Below, piece after piece: positions 12,616 through 23,250 of a stretch of DNA of 64,000 nucleotides. Within the stretch, counting starts at the first letter, position 1; each line of letters opens with the position of its first letter. The notes beneath the pieces are model-generated. The model saw nothing but the letters and a program-made list of their open reading frames with translations. It made no database searches and was not told where the DNA came from. Both the position numbers and the translations under genes were made by a program. This stretch comes from an uncultured delta proteobacterium (lineage in GTDB: Bacteria; Desulfobacterota; Desulfobaccia; Desulfobaccales; 0-14-0-80-60-11), in NCBI GenBank assembly GCA_963796215.1, contig CAWCKU010000020.1, positions 29,030-93,029 on the forward strand, given 5' to 3'.

Positions 12616-13255
12616 ATGGCTCCACCAGAACTTCCCTGACCGTCCCCTTGCAGGCCCATGTACAAACGTCTCTGGATACATGGGTTCCTGGCCGGGTTTG
12701 GTGGTGGTGCTCGTCATCTTCTCGCTCTGGTATTTCATCTGGGGCTGGCCTCGGCGCCCCGGAAGGACCAGGAGGAACCGAAGCCGACTCTTTCCCAGAC
12801 CCCGGCGACGGCGCCCCGGCCGCCTCCATCCAGGCCACGCCCTCAGCCTACTCCTGCCGCCGACAGCCAAGCCGCCGACAGCTCTCAAGGCCGAGCTCGA
12901 GGCCGTCCTGACCAAGCTGGCCGAGGCCAAGCGAAATAAAGACCTGCCCCAATTGCTGAGACTTTACGATCCGAGCTTTCCCGGATTTGCCACAGAAAGC
13001 CGAAGAAATTTCCCGGACCTGGAAGATTTATGACTATCGCAGCCTCCGGTTCCGGATTGAAGAGATCAGGTCCCAGTCTCCCGGCAATGCCTTCGCCAAG
13101 GTTATCTGGGAGGGGGAGACCAGGAACCGCTCCACCCATGAAATAAAAGAGCTCAATAAAACCTATCTGGTGTGGTTCACCAACGATTCCGGCCAGTGGC
13201 GGATCAAATCGCTGGAGAAAGCCCGGCCAGCCCGGGGAGCAGGAAAAATCCTGAT
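12616..13255 (+). CDS. Paralogue of the 10833 protein's TM and C-terminal domain (split by indels)
   Basis: LKAELEAVLTKLAEA..KDL, WKIYDYRSLRF and YLVWFTNDSGQWRIKSLEK resemble 11283-11631. Confidence 0.6.
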
Positions 13256-14068
13256 GAGGTCCTGGCGTAATTTCCGCGCTATCCTATTTTTCACTCTCGC
13301 TGCTGGCTGTGGCCGGCGCCTGTGCCGCCCCTCCGCCTCACTCCCCGGAAGGTGATTATTATCTAACTGGCGGATATGACTTATCTGCGGGATGCGGCGG
13401 CCTACGACAGCAATGTGGTGGGGCAGCTGTATAAAGGGGACCAGGTGGAAAAGGTGGAGGTGGGCGTCTCCGGTTGGTGGCGGGTCCGTTCCGGGCGCAC
13501 CGGTCAGAATGGCTGGATCCCCAGCGAGTTGCTCAGCCCCAACCCGGTCTCGGTGGTCTATTTTTATGTGACTCAGACTGTCAGTTTGCGGGAATGCCCC
13601 AAGGAGTTCTGCCCGTCTTTGCAAATGCTCTCCCGTGGCGATAAGGTGCAGAAGGTCGAACAGAATGACCAGGGCTGGTGGCGGGTGTTGGTGGCCCAGA
13701 GCCGCAATCTCGGCTGGCTGCCGGCCACGGTGCTGGCCGAACATCTGGAAGACCCCCAGGCCAAGGCGCCGGAACCTCAATACTATTTTGTGACGGTGCG
13801 ACGCCTGACGTTGCGCCGGGAGCCACTGGCTGAGGCCGAAGCCATCAAGCTGCTGCAATTTAATGACCAGGTGGAGAAATTGGACCAGAGCCCGTCAGGC
13901 TGGCTTAAGGTCCGCCAGCCGGCAAGCGGGGCGGTGGGCTGGGTTCCGGAGCGCTATCTGGGGACCACGCCGTTGAAGTCCCCGCCGCGGGAGAAGCCGA
14001 GAAAGAAGAAGTCCCAACCCCCAAAGCCCGGCCAGGGTAAAACCCCGCTTGAACCCGAGATCATGTAG
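13254..14068 (+). CDS. Second triple-SH3b lipoprotein (paralogue of 11643)
   Basis: TYLRD...GDQVEKV...WWRV...GWIP repeated three times. Confidence 0.8.
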
Positions 14069-14125
14069 GTGCGCCCTGGGCACCAACCATCAAGCCCAGG
14101 CTGGCAAGTCCGGGCCACCAATTAC

Positions 14126-15109
14126 TCAGCCAAGCGGTCCCAAAATATCCAGAATCAACGACTCGCTGGCGGAGTACGGGTCGTTACGCCGCGCCAGGAT
14201 ATCCTGGATGATCTGTTCCAGACGGCCGTCCGCCGTCAATTGCCGTACCAAGTGGCGGAAGGTTCCTTCCTTCAAGAGTTCCAGAAATTCCTGGCGCACC
14301 TTGGCAACCCGAGCCGCCCGGAAGGCCCGCTCGTCCCCTTGCAAAAACTCCTGGTGCTGCCGCACCGCCGCCATCAGCTCGTTGATGCCCTCGCTATCCT
14401 TGGCCGTGGTCATCAGGACCGGCGGCCGCCAGGGTCGGTCGTCGGTATACGTCCGCAACTCCAGCATCTGCAGCAGTTCCTGGTAGGTGCGGTTGGCCCC
14501 GTCCCGGTCCGCCTTGTTTACCACCAGGATATCGGCCACCTCCAGGATGCCGGCCTTGATGGCCTGAATATCGTCACCCATGCCCGGCACCGTGATGACG
14601 ATGGTGGTATAGGCGGTGGCGGCGATTTCCACTTCGTCCTGGCCCACCCCCACGGTCTCCACCAGGACGTAGTCCTTGCCCATGGCGTCCAAGACCGTGA
14701 TTACCGCCCGGGCGCTGGCGGTGAGGCCGCCGAAATGGCCCCGGGTGGCGAGCGACCGGATAAACACCCCTTCGTCGGTGGCATGGCGCTGCATGCGGAT
14801 GCGGTCTCCCAGGATGGCGCCCCCGGAAAAGGGGCTGGTGGGGTCCACCGCCACCACCCCCACGGTTTTGCCTTCCTGGCGCAGGTATTGGATCAGGCGG
14901 TCGGTGAGAGTGCTCTTGCCGGCGCCGGGAGAACCGGTGAGCCCGATGATATGGGCCCGGCCACCATGGCGGTAAAGATGCTTCAAAGTCTCCCGGGCCG
15001 CCGGCAGCCCGTCGTCCAACTCCCGCATCAGGCGGGCCGCGGCCCGCACCTCTCCCTGAAGTATGCGTTCCACTATCTCCGGGGCCTGGTCCATGAATTC
15101 TCCCATCAA
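14126..15109 (-). CDS. meaB: MeaB/ArgK GTPase (methylmalonyl-CoA mutase chaperone)
   Basis: GLTGSPGAGKST, AVDPTSPFSGGAILGDRIRM, ETVGVGQDE and VNKAD. Confidence 0.93.
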   Translation of the reverse strand: MMGEFMDQAPEIVERILQGEVRAAARLMRELDDGLPAARETLKHLYRHGGRAHIIGLTGSPGAGKSTLTDRLIQYLRQEGKTVGVVAVDPTSPFSGGAILGDRIRMQRHATDEGVFIRSLATRGHFGGLTASARAVITVLDAMGKDYVLVETVGVGQDEVEIAATAYTTIVITVPGMGDDIQAIKAGILEVADILVVNKADRDGANRTYQELLQMLELRTYTDDRPWRPPVLMTTAKDSEGINELMAAVRQHQEFLQGDERAFRAARVAKVRQEFLELLKEGTFRHLVRQLTADGRLEQIIQDILARRNDPYSASESLILDILGPLG

Positions 15110-15453
15110 CTTCGGGCCGGCAGGGTACAGACTAGTTCGAACCCGAGGTGCTTGTGTCTATCCTGATTTACTGGATCCGGCGCGGCGCTCAGGCTGATAA
15201 AAAATCGACTTTGGCGTAGCTTGGCCCAGCTATTCATGGGACCGGCAAAGAGACTACTTAACCCTCTTCCCCATTGAGGGAGAGGGGAAAAAGCAGGACC
15301 TCCATTTCTGGATTCATTCATAACTGAACGTTTCGGCCCATCCCACCCATATTTATATGGCACCGAGGCCCTGATGGCAAAGAAAAACCAATAAAGTAAT
15401 TTGCCCGGAACTCATCACCTGAGTTAAAATGGGGGGCAGGAACGATCACCTTT

Positions 15454-16482
15454 ATGCGCAATCCGGTGCCGCGACTCTACCAGCTCTTTTCCCACGAAGA
15501 CCGCCTCCTGATCCTCATCGACCCGGACCCGGACTCCATTGCCAGCGCCCTGGCCCTGAAGCGCCTCCTGTGGCACCACCTCTCGGCCTGCGTCATCTCC
15601 CCCATCCGCCCCATCACCCGCCCCCAGAACCAGAGGCTGGTGGAACTTTTAGGCATCACGTTAAACCCCATCGAGAAGATTCACCCCGAGGATTTCCCGT
15701 GCAAGGCCCTGGTGGACAGCCAGCCGGGGCACCACGAAATCTTCGCCAGCTTTCTTTTCGACGCAGTCATCGACCACCACCCGCGCCTCCCCGAGACCCG
15801 GGGACGATTTGTGGATATCCGGGCGGAATACGGGGCCACCTCCACCATCATGACCGAGTATTTGCGGGAGGCCCGCATCCGACCCTCCTTGAAACTGGCC
15901 ACCGCCCTGTACTACGGCATCAAGACCGATACCGCCAATTTCGAGCGCCCCGTGGTGGAGGCCGATATGCGCGCCTTCCACTATCTCTTCGAGTTCACCC
16001 GCCGGCCCCTGGTACGCCGGCTGGAGTTTGCCGAATTCAATCTCCCCATGCTGCGCTATTTCCAGGTGGCCCTGAACCGCTATTGCATCCGGCACAACCG
16101 CATCTATGCCTTCCTGGGGGAGGTTGCCGCCCCGGACATCCTGGTCATTCTGGCGGACTTCTTCGTGCGGGCCGGGGAGATCTCCTGGACCATTGTGGGC
16201 GGTATCTATGAAGACCGGCTGGTGGTGATCTTCCGCAATGACGGCCTGCGCAAAAACGCCGGACGCCTGGCCTCAAAGGCCTTCGGCCGGCTGGGCTCCG
16301 CCGGCGGCCACGTGGCCAGCGCCCGGGCCGAGGTGCCCCTGGAACATACCGGCATGGGTCCCAATGCCCCCTGGGAGGAGTGGCAGGACTACCTGATCCG
16401 CCGGGTGGAACATCACGGCCGGCTGCAGGCCCCCATCTGCGACCAGGAGCTAACGGCCCCAAAGAAGAAAGATCAAGGGTAG
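15454..16482 (+). CDS. DHH/DHHA1 phosphoesterase
   Basis: DPDPDSIAS, IDHHP, YGIKTDT and AGGH. Confidence 0.9.
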   Translation: MRNPVPRLYQLFSHEDRLLILIDPDPDSIASALALKRLLWHHLSACVISPIRPITRPQNQRLVELLGITLNPIEKIHPEDFPCKALVDSQPGHHEIFASFLFDAVIDHHPRLPETRGRFVDIRAEYGATSTIMTEYLREARIRPSLKLATALYYGIKTDTANFERPVVEADMRAFHYLFEFTRRPLVRRLEFAEFNLPMLRYFQVALNRYCIRHNRIYAFLGEVAAPDILVILADFFVRAGEISWTIVGGIYEDRLVVIFRNDGLRKNAGRLASKAFGRLGSAGGHVASARAEVPLEHTGMGPNAPWEEWQDYLIRRVEHHGRLQAPICDQELTAPKKKDQG

Positions 16483-16575
16483 ATTCTCCAACTCAGTGGG
16501 CCAGGCTTTCTGTGCCGGCACGGGACTGAGCGGCGGGCGGGAACGCCCGGCCTAACGGTTTTTGAAAGGAGCGGT

Positions 16576-17124
16576 ATGAAAAAAGGATTGCTGTTGGTGG
16601 ACCTTCAGAATGATTACTTTCCCGGCGGCAAGATGGAGTTGGTGGGCATGATTGAGGCGGCCGCCCAGGCCCAGGCGTTGCTGGCGGAGTTCCGGCGGCG
16701 CCAATGGCCCACCTATCATATTCAACATGTCTCGCTGCGGAAAGGCGCGCCCTTCTTTCTCCCCGATACTCCGGGAGTGGAAATCCATGGCAGCATCGCC
16801 CAGCTCCCGGGAGAGACCGTCATTGAAAAGCACTTCCCCAACAGCTTTCGAGACACCGGTCTTAAAGAGAGGCTGACTGCGGCCGGGGTGGAGGAGTTGG
16901 TTATTTGCGGAGCCATGAGCCACATGTGCATTGACGCCACCACCCGGGCCGCAGTGGACCACGGTTTTTCCTGTATCGTGATCCATGACGCCTGCGCCAC
17001 CCGAGATCTGACCTTTGGAAATACGGTGATTCCGGCCCGCCAGGTGCACGGCGCCTTCATGGCGGCCCTGGCTTTTTTCTATGCCCGGCTGGTCTCGGTT
17101 GAGGATTTTTTGAAAAGTCTCTAG
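16576..17124 (+). CDS. Isochorismatase-family cysteine hydrolase
   Basis: LLVDLQNDYFPGG, KHFPNSF and GAMSHMCIDATTRAA. Confidence 0.9.
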   Translation: MKKGLLLVDLQNDYFPGGKMELVGMIEAAAQAQALLAEFRRRQWPTYHIQHVSLRKGAPFFLPDTPGVEIHGSIAQLPGETVIEKHFPNSFRDTGLKERLTAAGVEELVICGAMSHMCIDATTRAAVDHGFSCIVIHDACATRDLTFGNTVIPARQVHGAFMAALAFFYARLVSVEDFLKSL

Positions 17125-17254
17125 CAGACTGTTGAATAACGGCTTTTTTGTCATCCTGAACGAAGTGAAGGATCTAGAACTTATTAAAAATACTAGATTC
17201 TTCGCTTCGCTCAGAATGACAAATTGGATGACCAGATTGTTTTTCAACAGCCTG
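17125..17254. mobile_element. 130-bp MITE with IS-like terminal inverted repeats
   Basis: Ends CAGACTGTTGAATAAC / GTTTTTCAACAGCCTG, flanked by CTAG and ATAG; internal GTCATCCTGAACG...CTCAGAATGAC hairpin. Confidence 0.7.
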
Positions 17255-17318
17255 ATAGGGCGACCCAGCGGGTCGCCCCTACGGGTGGACTGCCAATATA
17301 CTTATGGAGATGCTCCCA

Positions 17319-17849
17319 ATGAAAAAACCTGTCCTGCTCCTGATGTCGCTGCTGCTGGCGATCTGGCTGCCAGGCTGTACTTCCAAGCCCCAGGAGTTCA
17401 AATCCGAGGCCGGCAGGTTCACGGTCATGACCCCGGTAACGTTTGAAGAGTCGACCAACAACCTGAAAACCGAAGCCGGCCAAATCGACCTGCATCTGTT
17501 CGCCGGCCAACTGGACGACATCGCCTATGTGGTGGCTTATTCCGATTATCCCGGTGAAAACGCCCCACCGGATTATGCGGAGAAGATGCTGGATGGCGCC
17601 CGGAACGGCGCGGTGGGCAATACCCACGGCCGACTGGTGTCGGAAACTAAAGTCTCCCTGGCAGACTACCCCGGCCGGGAACTGGTCATCGAGACCAGGG
17701 GCGAAGATGCGCCGCCCTCCATCGTCAAAGGCCGGATGTTCATGGTCAAGAATCGTCTCTATCAGATCACCGTGGTGGCCCCCCGCGGGAAGGCGGGTGA
17801 TAAGATAATTGACGACTTTTTGCAGTCCTTCAAATTGCTGGGCCAGTAG
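17319..17849 (+). CDS. Lipoprotein of unknown function
   Basis: Signal peptide ending WLPGC; RBS GGAG. Confidence 0.75.
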   Translation: MKKPVLLLMSLLLAIWLPGCTSKPQEFKSEAGRFTVMTPVTFEESTNNLKTEAGQIDLHLFAGQLDDIAYVVAYSDYPGENAPPDYAEKMLDGARNGAVGNTHGRLVSETKVSLADYPGRELVIETRGEDAPPSIVKGRMFMVKNRLYQITVVAPRGKAGDKIIDDFLQSFKLLGQ

Positions 17850-17887
17850 CAGTTGGATAACCTCCGGCAAGTTAGTGAGGCAAGATC

Positions 17888-18247
17888 ATGAACGATTTTC
17901 CGGAATTTATGCGGCACCCTTACAATAAAATTTTTTCCAGACCACCAGCCGGTAAGGGTAGGCAAGGATATGTTTTTGACGGGGCCGATGGGGGCCAACT
18001 GACCATTTGGACCTATGAGGCAGATGGCGCCTCGCCGGAACAGGCCCATGATTTTGCCGAATATCTGGTGGTAGTCCAGGGGAACTATACCTTAATAATT
18101 GCCGGCGAAAGGATCGCGCTCGGGGTTGGGCAAGAACACTTCATCCCCAAAGGGACGGTGTATGCGGCTGAATACCTGGCCGGCACCAGAACCATCCAGG
18201 CCTTTGGCGGCAGAAGCGTCAAAAGGGCAATTGAAGAAAGGACCTAA
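17888..18247 (+). CDS. Cupin-domain protein
   Basis: AHDFAEYLVVVQG...FIPKGTVY cupin motifs. Confidence 0.75.
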   Translation: MNDFPEFMRHPYNKIFSRPPAGKGRQGYVFDGADGGQLTIWTYEADGASPEQAHDFAEYLVVVQGNYTLIIAGERIALGVGQEHFIPKGTVYAAEYLAGTRTIQAFGGRSVKRAIEERT

Positions 18248-18257
18248 GGAGGATCTC

Positions 18258-18608
18258 ATGAAGCTCATCAAGTACACTGACATTAAACCGACTAATTTCG
18301 ACAACGGCCCGGCCAAGGGGGTGGCGGCCCGGGTGCTCATCGGCAAGGCCGACGGCGCCGCCAACTTTTGCATGCGGGTCTTTGAGATCGCCCCGGGCGG
18401 CCATACTCCGAAGCATGCCCACGATTGGGAACATGAAATGTTCGTTCATTCGGGGGCGGGCGAGGTTTACGGCAATGGCCAATGGCAGCCGCTGCAGGCC
18501 GGCAAGGCGATGTTCATCCCGGCCAACGAAGAACATCAGATGAAGAATACCGGCAAGGAGCTGCTGGTGGTGGTCTGCCTGGTGCCGGCCAAGGCGCCGG
18601 AGTTATGA
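18258..18608 (+). CDS. Cupin-2 domain protein
   Basis: TPKHAHDWEHE...FIPANEEH; RBS AAGGAGG. Confidence 0.88.
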   Translation: MKLIKYTDIKPTNFDNGPAKGVAARVLIGKADGAANFCMRVFEIAPGGHTPKHAHDWEHEMFVHSGAGEVYGNGQWQPLQAGKAMFIPANEEHQMKNTGKELLVVVCLVPAKAPEL

Positions 18609-18624
18609 GAGACCGGCACGCCTC

Positions 18625-19015
18625 ATGCTCAGGGAATTAGCCGACGTTCGCCAGATTCCGGGAGAGCCGAGACGTCGCTGGTTCGCCGACGATTATTTCG
18701 ATTTGATTGTCTGGTTCGATAAAAGAGGGCAGATCATCGGCTTCCAGCTCTGCTACGACCTGCCCCGGGATGAACACGCCCTAACCTGGCATGAAGAACA
18801 TGGGGTTCAGTCACCAGCGGGTCGATGACGGGGAACGGCAGCGCCCTTACAAGGCAACGCCCATCCTGGTGGCGGATGGGTCTTTTGATGACGCCGCCGT
18901 CTCGGAGCTTTTTGAGGAGCGCAGCAGCGCCATGGATAAGAAGATTGCCAGATTGGTCTTGAGTAAACTCGGGAGTTTTGGCAGGAGGAAGCTTGGAGGA
19001 ACCCAGGGTTTATAA
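18625..19015 (+). CDS. Conserved hypothetical protein (one frameshift)
   Basis: RRRWFADDYFDLIVW...GFQLCYD joined to RVDDGE...TPILVADG in the next frame. Confidence 0.65.
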
Positions 19016-19433
19016 TTTGTACCTGCCGCGAGGCATGAAACTGTTGTTGGTGCTTTTGCCGTTGGCCTTCATCGGTGGCGGCGTCGGCATTATATCATGG
19101 TCTCTGTTTTCACCTCATCCGAAAGCGCCTCCTTTGGCAGTCGGTCTGATCTGGCTCGCCATAGCAGCCATTTATCTCTTTTACTTTCTCAGCATCCCGC
19201 ACCGCCTCACCTTAGCCACTGACGGGACCCTAGAGTTTACCAGCCTCCTGCGGCGCCGGACGCTGCGAGCCGATGAAATCAGGTCCATCAAGCCGGCAGG
19301 CGCTCATTTTGGATTCCTGGTGGTGAGAACCGATAAAGGCAGGATCAGGCTGCTGGCCCAGTTCGACGGCTTCCACGACTTCCTGACCCGGCTCCAGGTG
19401 CTGCACCCGGGGGTGGAACTGCGGGGGTGTTAA
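18978..19433 (+). CDS. Two-TM membrane protein with PH-like C-terminus
   Basis: Two hydrophobic helices followed by a beta-rich soluble domain. Confidence 0.6.
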   Translation: MAGGSLEEPRVYNLYLPRGMKLLLVLLPLAFIGGGVGIISWSLFSPHPKAPPLAVGLIWLAIAAIYLFYFLSIPHRLTLATDGTLEFTSLLRRRTLRADEIRSIKPAGAHFGFLVVRTDKGRIRLLAQFDGFHDFLTRLQVLHPGVELRGC

Positions 19434-19496
19434 AAGAATAACTGGCACAGGTTTCCAACCTGTGCGGGTGTGGTGCGGAGAACGCACCCTACACTG

Positions 19497-19604
19497 CTAC
19501 CAATCGCTCCGGGCATCCCTATAGGCCACGAGGGCCACGTAGACCCCCATGATCAGACTGCCCAGCAGGGCTCCGGCAGAAAACACCATAAAGTAAGATA
19601 GCAT
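19497..19604 (-). CDS. 35-aa single-TM small protein (below ORF-track cutoff)
   Basis: MLSYFMVFSAGALLGSLIMGVYVALVAYRDARSDW*; RBS AAAGGAG; directly downstream of the 19627 gene. Confidence 0.65.
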   Translation of the reverse strand: MLSYFMVFSAGALLGSLIMGVYVALVAYRDARSDW

Positions 19605-19626
19605 CGTTGTAATCTCCTTTTCTTGG

Positions 19627-19992
19627 TTAGCGGCTCAGGCAATTGGCCACCAGGCGGCGCAGTCCGGACCAGCCGCAAGGGATAAAGGTCTCTTCCTCAT
19701 CTTGTACCTGGTAGGCTTCGATGGGCGAGTTGACCTCATGTTCCCCCCGCAGGATGATGGCAGTCACCCCCGGATGTTGCCGGCGCAGCGATTTTAAGAT
19801 GGTTAAAGAGTCAGGTCGAGCCTGGTTGGCCCGGGTGATCAACAGGTGAAAATCGCCGCGGCGCACAGCCTGGGCTACGCCCCTGCGGTTGTGCTCAGTC
19901 AGGGTCTGATAACCCGCCTCGCTGAACACCCGGTCCAGCACCGAAAAAATCTCTGAGCCGTCACTCAATAATAAGATCTTCCTGGATTGCAT
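19627..19992 (-). CDS. Pseudo-receiver (CheY-like) protein lacking the phospho-acceptor Asp
   Basis: KILLLSDG...FHLLITR (Arg at the Asp position); paralogue of 29911-30276. Confidence 0.7.
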   Translation of the reverse strand: MQSRKILLLSDGSEIFSVLDRVFSEAGYQTLTEHNRRGVAQAVRRGDFHLLITRANQARPDSLTILKSLRRQHPGVTAIILRGEHEVNSPIEAYQVQDEEETFIPCGWSGLRRLVANCLSR

Positions 19993-20041
19993 ACATCCTC
20001 TTCCTCCCTAAGTGATTTGCCTAACTGGAGTGTCCAGGAGT

Positions 20042-20097
20042 ATCTTAGGACGGGGAAATTAGATTAGCGTTAGCTTTGGATTATTTTTTGATTGGGC
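20042..20097 (-). promoter_or_regulatory. Four heptamers at 11-bp period plus a -10 hexamer (PhoB/OmpR-type promoter)
   Basis: Minus strand GCCCAAT-4-AAATAAT-4-AGCTAAC-4-ATCTAAT-10bp-TAAGAT. Confidence 0.55.
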
Positions 20098-21706
20098 GGA
20101 GTATAGAAAAGGAATTAGGCGGCAGGGATTCCAGGCGGAGGAAAAAAATTGGTGGCACCGGCGTACCGCCCGGGTTTTAAGTGATGCACCAGACGGCTTA
20201 CCGGCCCCGTTCTTGATCCGCTGGATGAGGTCGCTGACGGAGACGGATTCGGTGACCGGCAGGAGTTTGACCTCGCCGCCGTAAGCTAAAACAGTGTCCC
20301 GGCCGGCCACCTTTGCCTCCGGGTAGTTGCTCCCCTTGGTGAGGAGGTCAGGTTTAAGGCTCGCCAGGATTTCCGGCAGTTTATCGCTTTCAAAGACGGT
20401 GACAAAGTCCACCGCCTCCAGGGCCGCCAGGATGCGCTGGCGCTGGGCCTCGCCGATGACCGGCCGGCCCTCCCCTTTCACCCGGCGCACCGAGGCGTCG
20501 GTATCCAGGGCCACCACCAGGGCGTCCCCCAGGCGGCGGGAATCCTCCAGGAACTTGATGTGGCCGCCGTGGAGCAGGTCGAAGCAGCCGTTGGTGAAGA
20601 CCACCTTCTTCCCCTGGGCCTGAAGGTGGGCCACCTGGAGGCTGAGCTCGGCCAGAGAGACGATCTTGTCCTCCAGGGAGGTGGACCGGCGCCCTAACTC
20701 CCGCTCCAGTTCCGCCCGGAAGACGGGGGCGGTGCCCACCTTGCCCACCACCACCCCAGCGGCGAGGTTGGCCAGGGTGGCGGCCAGCCGGGGGTCGTGC
20801 AGCCGGGCCAGGCTTAGGGCCATGACTGCGGCCACCGTATCGCCGGCCCCGGAGACGTCGAAGACCTCCCGGGCCTGGGTGGGGATGTGAATCTCCGGGC
20901 CTTGCCGCGGGAAAGAGGAGCATGCCGTCGGGACCCAGGGTGACGAGGAGATGATCGAGGGACAGGCTCTCCCGGAGCCGGGCCCCAACCCTGACGAGAT
21001 CTTCCCAGCGGGCCAGAGACTCACCCGCGGCCAGCTCCATTTCATGGCGGTTGGGGGTGATCACCGTGGCCCCGGCGTAGCCGGAGTAATCCGCCCCCTT
21101 GGGGTCCACCACCACCGGCAGCCCCCGGCCCCGTCCCAGGCGGATGACCTTCTGGAGCAGCGGGGTGGTGAGGGCGCCCTTGGCGTAATCGGACAAGACG
21201 ATGGCAGCTAGTTCGGGCAGGCGGTCCTGAAGGAATTGGCCGGCCATGGCCAGGAACTCCGGTCCGGCCGGGTGGCGAGTTTCCCGGTCGATGCGCACCA
21301 CTTGCTGGGAGTTGCCCAGGACTCGGGTCTTGCGGGAGGTGCGCCGCTCTCGGTCGGCAAAGAGGCCGGCGGCGTCCACCCCCAGCCGGGCCATCTCCTG
21401 GCGCAGGAGTTGTCCGGGGTGGTCGTCGCCCACCAGCCCCAGGACCTCCACCCGGGCTCCGAGGGCCACCAGGTTATTGACCACGTTGCCGGCGCCGCCT
21501 AAGGTGCGGGTCTCCCGTTCCACCTCCACCACCACCACCGGCGCTTCCGGGGAGATGCGCTCCACCCGGCCCCAGAGGTATTCGTCCAGCATGAAATCCC
21601 CGGCCACCAGGACCCGCAGGGTGGAAAAACCGCTCAGGTCCAGGTTTTGCAGAGTCTCCTGGAAATTGAGGCCATCCCCAGTGCCGTGGAACTTCTCTTG
21701 GGGCAT
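20059..21706 (-). CDS. hldE: Bifunctional heptose-7-phosphate kinase / heptose-1-phosphate adenylyltransferase (one frameshift; true stop possibly near 20200)
   Basis: RISPEAPV, GGAGNV, SDYAKG, VFDVSGAGDTV and VFTNGCFDLLHGGH. Confidence 0.92.
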
Positions 21707-21775
21707 TGCCAGCTCCTTTATGCTGCCAGGGCGGTTCGAGAACCGCCCCTACGCCTCCCCTCAGCCGATCTGCTG

Positions 21776-23104
21776 CTAATCCAGCTTCTGGCCGATGTAG
21801 AAGTACTGGAACCCCAACTGAGCCAGCTTGTCGGCGTTGTAAAGGTTGCGGCCGTCAAAGATCACCGGGGCCTAGAGCAGCGACTTGATCCGTTCGAAGT
21901 CCGGCTCCCGGAACTTGGCCCATTCGGTGCAGATGAGCAGGGCGTCGGCCCCGTCCAGGGCCTCGTAGCTGGACCCGGCAAAGCTGACGTCCGAGTTATT
22001 TCCGAGGGCCTGCCTGGTGGCCGGCATGGCCTCGGGGTCGTGGACTTGCAAGCGGGCCCCGGCTTCCCGCAGTTTGTCGATGAGGGTGAGGGCCGGAGCA
22101 TCCCGGATGTCATCGGTTAGAGGCTTGAAGGACAATCCCCAGACGGCAAAGACCAGCCCTTTGAGGGCGCCGTGGAAATGTTTGGAGATGCAGTCGAAAA
22201 AGAGCTGGCGCTGATCCTGGTTAACGGACTCGGCGGCCTCCAGGATCCGGGGGGGGTAGCCCCGGGATCTGGCAGTGTGAATCAGGGCCTGCATATCCTT
22301 GGGAAAACAGGAACCGCCGTAGCCCAGCCCCGGGAACAGAAAGAGGGGACCGATGCGACGGTCGGAGCCGATGCCCTGACGCACCATTTTGATGTCCGCC
22401 CCGGTGCGGCTGCAGATGTTGGCGATTTCGTTGATGAAGGAAATCTTGGTGGCCAAAAAGGCGTTGGCGGCATACTTGGTGAGCTCCGCCGAGACCACGT
22501 CCATGATGATAATGGGGGCATTGGTGCGGACGAAGGGAGCATAAAGCTCTTTCATCAGCTCACTCACCCGGACGTCGTCGCAGCCCACCACGACGCGGTC
22601 CGGCTTCATGAAATCGTCCAGGGCGGTGCCTTCCTTGAGAAATTCCGGATTGGAGACCACGTCGAATTCGAAGGCCTCGCCCCGGGCCGCCAGTTCCTCC
22701 TGGATGACCCGGCGCACCTGAACCGCGGTGCCCACCGGCACGGTGGATTTTTCCACGATGACCTTATAGCCGTTCATGTGGCGGCCAATGTCTTTGGCCA
22801 CCTGTAAGACCATGGATAGATCGGCGGAGCCGTCCCTGTCCTGGGGGGTGCCCACCGCGATGAAGCAGATCAGACTCTGCTGCACCGCGGCAGCCAGGTC
22901 AGTGGTGAAGCTCAAACGGTGGTCCTTGGCATTGCGCTTGACATAGTCCTCCAGCCCCGGCTCGTAAATGGGGATGCGTCCCTGCTCCAGGGCCTCCACC
23001 TTGGCGGCATCCGTATCCACGCAAATAACTTCGTTACCCATTTCGGCGAAGCAGGCTCCAGTCACCAGACCCACGTAGCCTATGCCGATTATTGCCAGTT
23101 TCAT
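21776..23104 (-). CDS. ugd: UDP-glucose 6-dehydrogenase (frameshift near C-terminus)
   Basis: GIGYVG, SNPEFLKEG and GYGGSCFPKD; tail IFDGRNLY...YIGQKLD* in the alternate frame. Confidence 0.93.
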
Positions 23105-23250
23105 GTATCTTTTTCCCTCCGCCTTAACCCAAGTTTAATTATCCGGTTATTTTAACCCGATATTTTGATTTATCAACTCTAACGAGAAGAATACTTTTTT
23201 CCGGGGGACTGCGCCCTCAAGTTGGGATTGATTAATTTCGCCGAAACCTC

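Noticed and set aside
1..13400. Mass pseudogenisation or programmed frameshifting of the bio operon and neighbouring genes
   Set aside because: Indels hit nearly every gene, often in G/C runs, with motifs intact and no evident nonsense decay; this fits long-read consensus error and also affects hldE, ugd and the ATPase
14069..15166. Long antisense ORFs (also 22172-22807, 42864-43805, 47484-48644, 61803-63215)
   Set aside because: Shadow frames opposite well-supported genes, expected in high-GC DNA
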